Origin: Heteronotia binoei
Lineage: Eukaryota
NCBI RefSeq assembly: GCF_032191835.1
Contig: NC_083237.1
Location: 5,456,001 to 5,520,000 of the forward strand
Length of the DNA: 64,000 bases
Direction of reading: 5' to 3'
Below the pieces are notes generated by a model that saw only the letters and a program-made list of their open reading frames with translations, made no database searches and was not told where the DNA came from. Shown here one piece after another: positions 1-12,112 of the stretch (positions within the stretch are counted from its first letter, which is position 1; each line of letters opens with the position of its first letter). Made by a program: the position numbers and the translations under genes.

Positions 1-635
1 GGAACCTTCCTGAAGCACAGGATCCAACTCAGAATCTTTAGAAGAGAAATGCGACTCTCACCTAAAGACATGCTAGAGACAGTCGCCGTACAGTGGTACA
101 AAAATAGAACTTGTGAAGTACAGGATGTGCTAGCGCAGGGGCGGCCAAATCGTGGCTTGGGAGCCACGTGTGGCTCTTTCACGCATATCGTGCGGCTCTT
201 GAAGCCCCCACCACCCCATCAGCCAGTTTGGAGAAGGCATTTGTCTCTTTAAAGCGCTTCAAGACAAGCCAGCCAGTGGCTTGGAGAATGCATTTAAAGT
301 TAATTTCTTTCCAGCTTTCCCTCCCCCCCCTCCGCATTTATTTGCTTTCCTTCCTTCCATCCCGTGGCTCTAAAACATCGGATGTTCGTGTCTTGCGGTC
401 GATGCTTATTCTGTGTGGCTCTTTCACACCTCCTGTGTTTGTCTTTCACACCTCCTACTGCCTAGTCGCTTTTAACTTTAGATGGCAGGGATGGAACCTG
501 GAACCTTCTGCATGCCAAGCAGAGGCTCTTCCACTCAGCCATGACCCCCCCCCTCCACTGCTAAAAAGCAATCATTGCAACAAATCAAAGCCAATCCTAT
601 TTGGCCCTTAAGAGCCACTGATCGGGAGATCTTAC

Positions 636-697
636 CCAATAGACACCGGAAGTGTCCCACCATGAGCCTGCAGCAGTAAGACTTGAAGCTGTTGAAC
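636..697 (-). CDS. KIF4A: KIF4A coding exon 9 (VQQLQVLLLQAHGGTLPVSI); gene continues beyond window start
   Basis: Matches the KIF4A post-neck coiled coil; CAG acceptor, GTAAGA donor; 62 nt. Confidence 0.92.
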
Positions 698-1021
698 CTG
701 CAAAGGAGCGGGTGGTTACCCTTCACATCCTATCGTGGACCGGGAGTTTGAAAAATACTTTATAGTACCTTTATTTGTATGAATTATTTGGATAATAATA
801 AAATTATTTGCATAATAAAAAGCACAGCCAGTTTCAAGAGAGGATTGGATCAACATCTGGAGCAGAGGTCCCTCAGTGGCTATTGGCCAGAGGGTGTTGC
901 TGGAACTCTATGTCTGGGGCAAGTGATGCTCTGTATTCTTGTGCTTGGGGAAGGGGCAGTGGAAGAGCTTCTAGCCCCACTGGTGGGCCTCTTGATGGCA
1001 CTTGGGGGTTTTTTGACCACT

Positions 1022-1557
1022 GTGTGAAAGAGTGTTGGACTGGATGGGCCATTGGCCTGATTCAACATGGCTTCTCTTATGTTCTTACGTGACACAGAGT
1101 GTTGGACTGGATGGGCCACTGGCCTGATCCAACATGGCTTCTCTTATGTTCTTATGTGACACAGAATGTTGGACTGGATGGGCCACTGGCCTGATCCAAC
1201 ATGGCTTCTCTTATGTTCTTATGTGACACAGAGTGTTGGACTGGATAGGCCACTGGCCTGATCCAACATGCCTTCTCTTATGTTCTTATGTGACACAGAG
1301 TGTTGGACTGGATGGGCCACTGGCCTGATCCAACATGGCTTCTCTTATGTTCTTATGTGACACAGAATGTTGGACTGGATGGGCCACTGGCCTGATCCAA
1401 CATGGCTTCTCTTATGTTCTTATGTGACACAGAGTGTTGGACTGGATGGGCCATTGGCCTGATCCAACATGGCTTCTCTTATGTTCTTATGTGACACAGA
1501 ATGTTGGACTGGGTGGGCCATTGGCCTGATCCAACATGGCTTCTCTTCTGTTCTTAT
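1022..1557 (+). repeat. Tandem array of about 8 x 67-bp units derived from a CR1 LINE 3' terminus
   Basis: GTTCTTA(T/C) unit starts at 1081, 1148, 1215, 1282, 1349, 1416, 1483, 1550. Confidence 0.92.
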
Positions 1558-2037
1558 GTTATTGAAAAACACCTGGTGATGGGAACAAATGAAGTTTTCT
1601 GACTTCAAAGTAGACACACATGACGGATATGAATATCATGGTGATCTTCAAAGTAGGAATACAGGTGACAAATAATGTAACATATAAATAAACTGTGCTG
1701 GAGGAATGAGCAATGATTCACTACGGGTTAAGGATAAAAGTGGAAACTGGAGGTGTGTTGAATAATATCTGCAAAAGAATACTAACCATGTCATGAGTAG
1801 GAGCAGTTGGAAGAAAAGGTCATGGGTAAGAATCAAACATGGGGCTGGGATAAAAGGGAATGAAATGTCTGTTGTAAACTATGTAAAACAGAGATACAGA
1901 TGAAGGACTTTGAATCTCTGCATTTGGAAGAGGCAGACTTTCCTTCTGTTTGAATAAAGCTTTGCTCAAGTGAAGTCTCTGGTCTGTGTATTTCGGCTGT
2001 GCTGGCCAGGCAAAAAAAGCCCTAGATTTGGCTAACA
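1557..2037 (+). mobile_element. Possible solo LTR
   Basis: TGTTA...TAACA termini and an internal AATAAA in LTR-like context; no TSD confirmed. Confidence 0.4.
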
Positions 2038-2174
2038 CTGCCTGGCCACTGACACAATCGAGTGTTTGTGGAAAGTGGTTCACTAAGCATGGGAGGTAGT
2101 CACCAAAGCAGATCCTGCAGCCACACACTTCCCGAGGGACCCTCTTCTCTGCTCCCAGACACAGTGCTTTGTAC

Positions 2175-2350
2175 CTGCAGTCTTAACTGGGTGATCTCGG
2201 CTGCCTGGGGATCGACATTCACGATGGGCTTATTCTTTATCTTCCTCGCCCGGTCGGCGTATCGAAGAGTGTTCAGAGTCTCTTCCATGTTGGAATCCGC
2301 TGGGCTAACGCAGGCGATCATGAGAGTGTGGCTGTTGCCTCCCAAGGAAT
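2175..2350 (-). CDS. KIF4A: KIF4A coding exon 8 ([42 protein letters not shown]...)
   Basis: End of the kinesin motor domain plus neck linker; AG/GT; 176 nt. Confidence 0.96.
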
Positions 2351-2543
2351 CTTGAGGAGATGGAAACAAAAATTTATTCTTGAGACTTGTATCCTGTCCT
2401 ACCCAACAAGCGAGTGGCTCACTACCAATGTTCCCTCTAAGCTGAGTTGGTGTGATCTAGCTCACAATTTTTTAGCCTCCAGCTCATACATTTTTGCATG
2501 AAATGGCCTTAGAGCAAACTAATTTATGCAGTAGCTCACAACT

Positions 2544-3300
2544 TTCCCTATGAAGAAAGGTTAAAACGCTCGGGGCTCTTTAGCTTGGAGAAATGTCGAC
2601 TGCGGGGTGACGTGATAGAGGTTGACAAGATTATGCCTGGGATGGAGAAAGTAGAGAAAGTCCTTTTCTCCCTTTCTCACAATACAAGAACTCGTGGGCA
2701 TTCTGTGAAACTGCTGAGCAGTCAGGTTAAAACGGATAAAAGGAAGTACGTCTTCACCCAAAGGGTGATTAACATGTGGAATTCACTGCCACAGGAGATG
2801 GTGGCGGCTACAAGCATATCCAGCTTTAAGAGGGGACTGGATAAAAATATGGAGCAGAGGTCCATCAGTGGCTATTAGCCACAGTGTGTATATATATATG
2901 TGTGTGTGTGTATGTATATATATATATTTTTTTGGCCACTGTGTGACACAGAGTGTTGGACTGGATGGGCCATTGGCCTGATCCAACATGGCTTCTCTTA
3001 TGTGACACAGTGTTGGACTGGATGGGCCATAGGCCTGATCCAACAGGGCTTCTCTTATGTTTCTATGGTGGCAGCTGCAAGTACAGACAGCTTCAAGAAG
3101 GGATTGGATAAAAATATGGAGCAGAGGTCCATCAGTGGCTATTAGCCACAGTATATATGTGTGTGTGTGTGTGTATACATATGTGTGTATACGTATGTAT
3201 GTATATATACACACACACACATATTGGCCACTGTGTGACACAGAGTGTTGGACTGGATGGGCCATTGGCCTGATCCAACATGGCTTCTCTTATGTTCTTA
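2544..3300 (+). mobile_element. CR1 LINE 3' fragments with embedded (TA/TG/CA)n microsatellites
   Basis: RT C-terminal LFSLEKxRLRGD...TRGH...NMWNSLP motif and GTTCTTAT tail. Confidence 0.85.
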
Positions 3301-3869
3301 TGTTAACTTTAATGCCAGCAATTCGCAAAGTAGAATTTTTGCTCACAAGACTCCACAGCTTAAAGCAGGGATGAACGGTAGCTCTACAGATGTTTTTTGC
3401 CTACAACTCCCATCAGCCCCAGCCGGAATGGCCAATGGCTGGGGCTGTTGGGAGTTGTAGGCAAAAAAACATCTGGAGAGCTACCGTTGGCCACCCCTGG
3501 CTTAAAGGGAACACTGCTTATGACATAGAGTCCAACAGTTAAGATCACACAGTCATTAACAAAACAGTTCATTAAAACATCAACTTGAACAATTAAAATG
3601 TAGTCAACTGTTTCCAAGTACAGCAAGTACTCTCATCTTCTTTCACTGTCTACTGGGCTCATGCCAGGGAGGCGGGGTGTGTTCTGCGTAACCAGATCAC
3701 TGAATCCAGGCACCCGAGACGTAAATAGAGCCAGGGCCGCTTGAGAATTACCAGCATGGGCTCACAAAGCAAAAAGAAAGCCTTTGGGTTTATTGCAACT
3801 GGAAAAAGGGGAAAGGTCTTCAGAGGCACTCGATGACACTCTGCCCCGTAACTCGCACTCCACTCCTAC

Positions 3870-3989
3870 CTTGCAAGAGGCGTGTGAGCTTCGAGTCCCT
3901 ATAAGGGACATAGTTGCCTCGCTTAGTCTCGTCCCCGAGAGCACTGATGACATTTCCCAGGCAGAGGAGGCCTTTGTTAATGTTGATTC
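3870..3989 (-). CDS. KIF4A: KIF4A coding exon 7 ([18 protein letters not shown]...[13 protein letters not shown])
   Basis: Kinesin [12 protein letters not shown] motif; AG/GT; 120 nt. Confidence 0.96.
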
Positions 3990-4139
3990 CTGCAAGCGAA
4001 AACAAAACCGTGACCTCTCAAACAAGACTTCTTGGCTTCCCACCAACAAGGCGGGGGGGGGGGGCGCGGGGGGAGCACCTTGAAAAGAAGCACAAGTGAG
4101 AACTCCCAAGAGTGTTTAATAGATCCAAGCGGGCAGCCG

Positions 4140-4950
4140 CGTTGGTCTGAAGCAGTTGAACAAAGCAGGAGTCAAGTTGCGCCATTAAGACCAACCGACC
4201 AACCCATTTTTATTTGGAACGTCAGCTTTCGTGTGCTCTTAAGCACACTTCATCAGACGAGGAATCCAGCACAGGGAGCAAAGCCATACATAGCTGAGCA
4301 GAGCCACACAGAGCTGGTAGGCAGTGGTCCAGAATGCAACATGGCACAGATTTAAGAACCAATGACAGTGAAGTAAAATTATCTGGTAGGCAGTGGTTTA
4401 GAATGTAAAATGGTACAATGGCAGAATAGTAAAATTAACAAATTGAGCAAACCTTTGATCTGAGTAGCATGAGCACGCGAAAGCAACAAAACAGTAGTAT
4501 GTCAAAATGTGAGATTGTCTGTCAATGACCATGGGAGATGGGTTCAATATATGTAATGGGATAAGCAACCAAAGTCCCTATTTGAGTGTGTCAAAACAGC
4601 TAAAAGAAATACATTGGCTAGTGATTTTCTTGTCCACCTAATTTACTTTTTAACATGTAAACATAATTCTAGTTTGCCATAGGAAAAGGGAATACAATAA
4701 AACAGTGAAAATGGGTAAAGCATATGTAATGAGATATACAGCCAATATCCCTATTTTGAGTATGTCAATACAAATAATTATACTGATACACAATTCTAAA
4801 GGAGAAACACATTGGAATTCTGTGGCTGTATAGCTATACTCACTGAGAGTGGGTTTAGCATCTGTAATGAGATAAAAAAGCCAATATCCCTGTTCAGTCC
4901 TGGGGAGGTGATTGTTCCAAGTTTCATAATAATTACATAATAATGTAAGC
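4140..4950 (-). mobile_element. Penelope-like element remnant with hammerhead-like motif (4220-4260)
   Basis: Terminal sequence shared with many copies in the window; CTGATGA-stem-GAAA core; C-terminal GLN-like remnant. Confidence 0.6.
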
Positions 4951-4979
4951 ACTAATGGCAAGACCAGCCACAGCAAGGG

Positions 4980-5285
4980 CCTTAGATCAGAAATCAGGCA
5001 CTGTTTCTTGTCGGTGGTCTTGTTCTTATGTTCAAAATTTCAGGAAATTAATCATGACTCAAATCCATGATATTACTCATGTACAAGTTCCTCTCCGAAT
5101 GGAAGCTCTACTATTGAATCATTGGCAACCCTATATTAATAACTCAACTAAAATGGAGTTAATAGAAACTCTTTGTGCAGCAGCTAGGGCAGTTCTGGCA
5201 AGATATTGGAAAACTGATACAAAACCTACTCTCCTTGACTGGGTCCTGAAGGCACAGGAGTACTGTATTATGGATAAACTATTAG
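4980..5285 (+). mobile_element. L1/Tx1-like ORF2 C-terminal fragment
   Basis: AARAVLARYWK...PTLLDW motif typical of L1-clade C-termini. Confidence 0.6.
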
Positions 5286-5288
5286 ATT

Positions 5289-5363
5289 AAGAACATAAGA
5301 GAAGCCATGTTGGATCAGGCCAATGGCCCATCCAGTCCAACACTCTGTATCACACAGGGGCCA

Positions 5364-5401
<38 letters not shown>

Positions 5402-5567
5402 TGATGGACCTCTGCTCCAGATGTTTATCCAATCCCCTCTTGAAGCTGGCTATGCTTGTGGCCGCCGCCACCTCCTGTGGCAGTGAATTCCACATGTTAA
5501 TCACCCTTTGGGTGAAGAAGGACTTCCTTCTATCCGTTCCAACCTGACTGCTCAGCAATTTCATTGA
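5289..5567 (-). mobile_element. CR1 3' fragment
   Basis: FTQRVINMWNSLP on minus plus tail. Confidence 0.85.
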
Positions 5568-6875
5568 CCCAAGGTGAAAGACCCTTATACCTCAAAATTT
5601 GTGTCCATTTAGCTTCCATTCTTTAAATTTCTAGCTCATAACCAGAATTTGCATCAATCCTGGAAGCCATCAACATTATTTTCTTTCTTACATATTTAAA
5701 ATCCTATAGGTGAAGTTTTGAAGTTGCCAGGTATTCTCTTTTATTTTTTCTGAATATTTTGATCCTATCTCTAAGTAGTTGTCTTCAATCCCTGGTTATT
5801 TCTAATTATATTTGACTTATTTATGTTTGTATATATGTATTCATGTCTGTTTCAATAAATATTGATTTTTATTTTTATTTTTTAAAGACACGGTTTCAAC
5901 GACTTACCAGAATTCAAAAGCAGGGAAGAAGAGGTGGTTTTTATACCCCACTTTGCTCTCCTCTAAGGAGTTTCAAACTGGCTTACAACTGCACTCCCTT
6001 CCTCTCCCCACATCAGGCACCTTGTGCGACAGGCAAAGCTAAGAGACTTCTGGCCCAAGTTCACCCCGCTAGCTGCAGGTGGAGGAGGTTGGGAATTAAG
6101 CCCAGTTTCTCCAGATTAGAGTCCACCACTCTTAGTCACTACACCACACTATTGCCTCTTTGGATTGCTCCCCCTTGAAGAAGGAAAGGTATTGAATACC
6201 GCAAGAGATCACTGTCCCCGTCAAAGTGGCCACTGCATGAACACATGAAACTTATGGAGCAGAGGTCCACCTGTGGCTATTAGCCACTGTGGGTATAGAT
6301 GCAACTCTCTGTGTGGGGTAGATGCTCTGTATTCTTGGTGCTTGGGGGGGGGCACAGTGGGAGGGCTTCTCGTGTCCTGGCCCCACTGATGGACCTCCTG
6401 ATGGCACCTGGGTTTTTTGGCCACTGTGTGACACAGAGGGTTGGACTGGATGGGCCACTGGCCTGATCCAACACAGCTTCTCTTATGTTCTTATGTCTGG
6501 GGCAGTAATGCTCTGTATTCTTGGTGCTTGGTGGGGAGACAGTGGGAGGGCTTCTAGTGTTCTGGCCCCACTAGTGGACTTCCTGATGGCACCTGGGTTT
6601 TTTTTTTTGGCCACTGTGTGACACAGAGTGTTGGACTGGATGGGCCATTGGCCTGATCCAACACGGCTTCTCTTATGGTCCATCACTGGCAATACTGTCT
6701 ACTCAAACTGGCAGCTGCACTCCAGTGTCTCAGGCAGAGGACTTACATATCACCTCCTGGAGATGCCGGGAACTGAACCTGGGACCTTCTGCAGGCCAAA
6801 CAGAGGTTCGGCGACTGAGCCACGACCTCTCGAGGAGACAAGCCCACGTGGCCATCGAGCATTCGTTCTGCTTAC

Positions 6876-6970
6876 CTTCCCTTAGCCGATCTCCTTCTGC
6901 TTTGGTTTTCTTTTGTCTTTCGGAGCCTGCCAAATCCACAAGGTGCAGCTTGGAATGGAAGCTGACATTC
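6876..6970 (-). CDS. KIF4A: KIF4A coding exon 6 (switch [24 protein letters not shown])
   Basis: DLAGSER motif; AG acceptor, GTAAGC donor; 95 nt. Confidence 0.96.
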
Positions 6971-7262
6971 CTATCACAGATGGAGGAGAGATTTGCGCCC
7001 AAGGCAGCAAGCAGAGTTTGGAAGCAGATCAGCTGGGCTCCAAGGCCCACAATAATTTCCCACTTAACTTTTTAGATATTAAGAGAGAGCTCACACAACC
7101 CAGTTAACAGCTTGCAAAGCTCTGCCCTTCTCGCCTTTCTACTTTAAAAGGTTATACAGGACGTCCTCGCACAATTCCTCTAGTCTGCCACCCCGCTCGG
7201 AGTACTTCGGCTAAAAGCAGTGTTTAAAAAACTGTCTTCCGAGAGGGCAAGCCCTCACTTAC

Positions 7263-7429
7263 GTGTCCTTCTTGTTCCTCTGCTCAACAGAAATGGTGAA
7301 GATGGCATGGGATCGAGACGACTGCGTGTTCATCGCTGTGGCAGCCACCGTTCGAGAATTGTTCCCCTGCTCCAAGCAGATGACTGTCTCTTGAGCACAA
7401 GTCACCACGTGTTCTGTCAGTCCCACAAT
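7263..7429 (-). CDS. KIF4A: KIF4A coding exon 5 (switch [12 protein letters not shown])
   Basis: SSRSH switch I motif; AG acceptor, GTAAGT donor; 167 nt. Confidence 0.96.
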
Positions 7430-7539
7430 CTAGATAAAGGTGGCAGAGGAAAAATAGGCTGCTTCATTCACTCTTCTTAGTTTCTTTTAAATACTGAACC
7501 ATTAAATACTGCAGACAGGTCCAGGTGTTGGCCCGAAGC

Positions 7540-8250
7540 AAAAGAGCAAAGCCGGAGTCCGGCAGCACCTTAAAGACCAACAAAGTTTTATTCAGAGTGT
7601 AAGCTTTCGTGTGCTAAAAGCACACTTCATCAGACAATGAAACGGGGTACAGCGAGCAGAGTTACATATAGCTGGTGAGCAATGAACATATGAAGCTGCC
7701 TTATACTGAATCAGACCATCAAAGTCAGTATTGTCTTCTCAGACTGGCAGAGGCTCTCCAGGGTCTCAAGCTGAGGTTTTCCACACCAATTTGCCTGGAC
7801 CCTTTTTTGGAGATGCTGGGGATTGAACCTGGGACCTTCTGCTTCCCAAGCAGATGCTCTACCACTGAGCCACCGTCCCTCCCTGTGATTATGCATGCAA
7901 TGATAAAGCATGCAAAATAGTACCAAGTCAGAATCTAGGCCAAACCAGTATGGTGTAGATACCATTTGTTGTGTTCGACAACAACTAAGTCAATGAATGT
8001 GTCAGAACTGCAGAGTGTCACAGGCAATAAATGCAGAGTCTGTTGATTGCTCTATGGCTCAAGGCTGGGTTAAACTGAGAACATGTTTTTTTTTCTAAAA
8101 ACCACTGTCCATCAGCTATATGTAAGTTCTGCTCACTGTACCGCATTTCATTGTCTGATGAAATGTGCATGCACGCGAAAGCTTACATTCTGAATAATAC
8201 TTTGTTAGTCTTAAAGGTGCTACTCGACTCCTACTTTTTTCTAATAAATA
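7540..8250. mobile_element. Penelope-like remnant with inverted terminal repeats, interrupted by a tRNA-derived SINE (7682-7883)
   Basis: 7548-7680 and about 8110-8250 are reverse complements, each with a hammerhead-like core. Confidence 0.6.
7598..7636 (-). ncRNA. Minimal type I hammerhead ribozyme motif (PLE type)
   Basis: UGU-CUGAUGA-A-GUGUGCU(UUU)AGCACAC-GAAA-GC-UU/ACA; activity untested. Confidence 0.55.
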
Positions 8251-9599
8251 CTGCAGTGACAGTCATCGGCTGTAACTCTCAAAAGCTCATACCCCTGAAA
8301 ATCTGGTTGGTCTTTGTAAGGTGCTAAGTGACTCAAATTGAGCTCTTTGACTGCAGTCCAACATGGCTCTGAATCCATCTCCAGAGTTCAGTTCCTCTGT
8401 GTCTTTGGTAAGAGGACTCTACTGAATTAGAAGAAGACGACTGCAGATTTATACCCCACCCTTCTCTCTGAATCAGAGACTCAGAGCGGCTTACAATCTC
8501 CTATATCTTCTCCCCCACAACAGACACCCTGTGAGGTGGGTGGGGCTGAGAGGCCTATCACAGCAGCTGCCCTTTCAAGGACAATTCCCGTGAGAGCTGT
8601 GGCTGACCCATTCCTGCAGGTGCAAGCGGAGTGGGGAATCAAACCAGATAAAGAGTCCGCGCACTTAACCGCTACACCAAACTGGCTTACAGTTCGATTC
8701 GATTCCAGTAGCACCCTGCAGACCAACAAGGTTTTCAGAGTAAGCTTTCAAGAGTCAAAGTATCCGACAAAGGGAGTTTTGACCCTTGAAATCTTGTACC
8801 CTGGAAATCTCGCTCATCTCTAAGGGGCTTCTGGACTTAGATTTGTTCCTCCACTGAGGAATAATACGGCTGCCCTCTGAAACCCCTGCAGATCGGCATC
8901 TGTTTGTTATGACATCAGAACAGAAGCCTGTGAAGAAGTGGCTGTTTTGAGACACAAGCGGAAGGCTGCCCATGCCACATTAGCTATTCAGCGTGCCAAT
9001 AATGTAAGGATGGAGGAACAGAAACACAAATTAAGAGAAACCTAAGTTGCCCTTAGCTGCGCCTCTGTTCTCTCTCCTGGAGGCTGCTATTCTGAGTCAA
9101 GAGAAGATCTGAATCATTTTTGTCAGGAGAGGAGGTCTGTTTTATTGGATTCCCAAATGAAACACACCACTGCAAGCCAAGTTTTACCGGATTTCCCACC
9201 ACTGCAAGTCGAGTTGAAGGCATCGCGATTACAAACCCAAGCAAAGCAAAAACACGTAAATGAAGCTGACTTATACTGAATCAGACCAAATCAGACCAGA
9301 CTGAATCCATCAAAGTCAGTATTGTCTAACTACGACCCTCAGTGGCTTTCCAGGGTCTCAGGCAATGAAAAGTTTCACATCACCAACTGCAGGGCCGGAT
9401 CTGGGGGGGGGGGGGGGGAGCGGGCACAGGGGGGGGGCTTGCCCCGGGCACTGACGGAGGGGGGGCCCCCAAATTGGATATGGAGTCCATTGTATTCTAT
9501 GGGACCATAAGACAGAATGGCTCATAAGAGAGAGTCATTTTTTAATTTTGCCTCCCCTCAAAAAAAACATGTAGATCTGATCCTGACCAACTGCTTGGG

Positions 9600-10085
9600 T
9601 TTTTTTAACTGGAGATGCCTGGGATTGAACCTTCTGCATACCAGGTAGAGGCTCTGCACCACTGAGCCACAGCCCTTCTCCTTTAGTCTCCAGGGTCTCA
9701 GGCCAAGGTCTTTCCCATCACCTCCTGCCTGGTCCTTCTAAAGGGAGATGCTGTGGATTGAACATGGGACCTTCTGCATACCAGGCAGATGCTCTGCCAC
9801 TGAGCCACAGCCCTTCTCCTTTAGTCTCCAGGGTCTCAGGCTGAGGTCTTTCCCATCACCTCCTTCCTGGTCCTTTAACTGGAGATGCTGGGGATCGAAC
9901 CTGGGACCTTCTGCATGCCAAGCAGAGACTCTGCCACTGAGCCACAGCCCTTCTCCGTTAGTCTCCAGGGTCTCAGGCTGAGGTCTTTCCCATCACCTCC
10001 TGCCCTGTCCTTTAACTGGAGATGCTGGGGATCGAACCTGGGACCTTCTGCATGCCAAGCAGATGCTCTGCCACTGAGCCAAGGC
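9600..10085 (-). repeat. Tandem array of about 3.5 x 138-bp tRNA-Ala-like SINE (Squam3-like) 5' halves
   Basis: AGTCTCCAGG marker at 9685, 9823, 9960. Confidence 0.8.
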
Positions 10086-10157
10086 CCCTTCGCAGCCACG
10101 CTTCTACAATCTGTTGTCAGCTTCTCCCTAAAATCCCACGCTAGTGCAGAAGCCCAC

Positions 10158-10250
10158 CTTTATGCCTTCCTTGGGGTCTTCACGGATGCTGATTTGAGAA
10201 GAACGTTCTCTGGATGGGGCCAAGAGGTCCAAGATGTCTTCATTGTAGAT
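10158..10250 (-). CDS. KIF4A: KIF4A coding exon 4 ([31 protein letters not shown])
   Basis: Kinesin IYNE..DLL motif; AG/GT boundaries; 93 nt. Confidence 0.95.
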
Positions 10251-10389
10251 CTAAAGAATTTTTTTTTAGAAAAGAAGCTCAGGTCTTGAAATCCAAGAGG
10301 GAACACAGGAGCAACGTGGAAAGGACATTGCAAGACTAACGTTCAGAGCAGAACAAAGCTTATTTATTTGGATTGCCAAAGATCTAGAT

Positions 10390-10980
10390 CAGGGGTGTCA
10401 AACATGCAGTCTGGGAGCCGAGTCAGGCCCCCCAGAGGTCTCCTATGAGGCCCCCGAACTGGCTGTCACCTGCTTCCTTCTCCCTATATCTTGCTTCCTT
10501 TTGCATCACAGTTTGTTTTGCAAGGCTTGCTCAATTGCAAAGGAGCTGCAGAGCAAAACCTCTATTTTCTCCACTGGCTGAGGCTCCTCCCTTGTGGAGG
10601 AAGGGGGGAGGAATAGCTTGCTTTGCCAGGCTCTCTCAGTTGCACAGCAGAGTTACTGAGCCAAGCCTCTCTTCCTTCTATTGGCTAAGCTGCCCCCCAA
10701 GTCCCCTGGGGAAGGAAGGAAAGAGCCAGAGCTTCCTTTGCCCATTTCCCTGGATCGCATGGGAGAGATACAAAGAAAGCGCCTTTAAGACCAATGAGTA
10801 CTAACATTTTAAGCATGCTTGAAGTTTTTTCAAAATATATATCTGTAATTGTGTTTGTCTGTGTCTTTTATAAAGTTTATATTTCTGCTACCTAATCTTA
10901 AATAGATAAGCGCATGGCCCGGCCCAACAAGGTCTCATTTGTGTCAGATTCGGCCATAACAAATGAGTTCGACACCCCTG
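10390..10980. mobile_element. hAT (Charlie-type) non-autonomous element
   Basis: TIRs CAGGGGTGTCAAAC / GTTCGACACCCCTG; perfect 8-bp TSD ATCTAGAT (10382-10389, 10981-10988). Confidence 0.9.
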
Positions 10981-11248
10981 ATCTAGATGCTCCTGCCCTG
11001 GATCTTCTGGAAATCACAACTTTAGAAAAGGGAGAGAAAACTGTACCAAGAATGGTGAATGCTATCACAGTCAGCAGGAAGGAGGAGAAAACTGGAACTG
11101 TTGGGTGTTTGTGGTGACTGACCAAAGCGGAAAACATGCTAGTCCTTTTTCTGTACAGCGTCATGTTGGGGGCAAGGTTTGGGGAGAGAGCGCTAAATCT
11201 TTTAAAGAGGCAACTCAGAGGTACCTAAATCCCAGCCTCATCCAAGGT

Positions 11249-11790
11249 TAGAGATGTGAAGGCCCAGGAAAAAGCCAGAAAAATTCAGGGGGAAAAAAAG
11301 GTATTTTCGGTTTTTTTCCTGAAGTCTTTTTTTGGGGGGTTTTCCGAAAAATTGGAAAAATTGAAGAAAAAAAATTGAAAAAATGAAAAGAAAAGAAATC
11401 AATGACGGAACATTTTATTTTAACATGATGAATAAAATATTTTAAGACAAGGTGTTCAAACAGTAAACAGTTCAGGAGATCACTGCTCCATTTGTTACAA
11501 TTATAAATAATTTTTAAAAAGTAAATTGTTTGTAATAATTGTTCGGATACACTATATTTTTAATAAGCTAGTTGTGATAATTTCATGCCAAGGAAAGTTG
11601 TCCATAGTCATATTTTATGTTCCTAAAGTAACAGAATGACTTTCAATCTGGAAAAGAAAAAAATGCTAATGTAGCATTTTTTTTTCAATGTTTCCAAAAA
11701 TTTCCATTTAAAAAAAAAACAACAAACAAACGGGGAAAAAACTGGGATTTTTTTCAAAGCTTCAAAATGTCTGAAAATTTTACATCTCTA
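11249..11790. mobile_element. hAT (Ac-type TIR TAGAGATG) non-autonomous element
   Basis: Inverted termini; homologous to 22871-23602 in opposite orientation. Confidence 0.7.
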
Positions 11791-11921
11791 GCCTAGGCCC
11801 CAGCACTAAGGTTTCAGTCTTGGATTTCAAGAAGCGAGATAAGCAATGGCTTGGTGCGATACAGCGACGGACCTTAAAAATGACTTGAATGCTGAAAGCA
11901 AAAAAAAAAAATGGCTTCTAC

Positions 11922-12112
11922 CTCTAAATAGGAGACTTTCAGAGAGAACTGCCATTCCGTCCTGTTTTCCATTTCTTGAAAGAGCAGCTTGATCACCCGG
12001 GGGATGACTCCTACTGTGGGATCGTTTCCCTGGTTGGCTGTGTACGCCCCTCCCATAGAATAGGTTTTCCCCGATCCCGTCTGCCCGTAAGCCAGAACTG
12101 TAGAGTTGTACC
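11922..12112 (-). CDS. KIF4A: KIF4A coding exon 3 (P-loop YGQTGSGKT ... VSYLE)
   Basis: ORF 11874..12140 contains the kinesin P-loop; AG at 12114-12113, GT at 11921; 191 nt. Confidence 0.96.

Noticed and set aside
1022-1557. Regularly spaced repeats resembling a CRISPR array (also 38024-38492)
   Set aside because: The entire 67-bp unit repeats with no unique spacers; it is CR1-derived, the genome is eukaryotic, and there are no cas genes.
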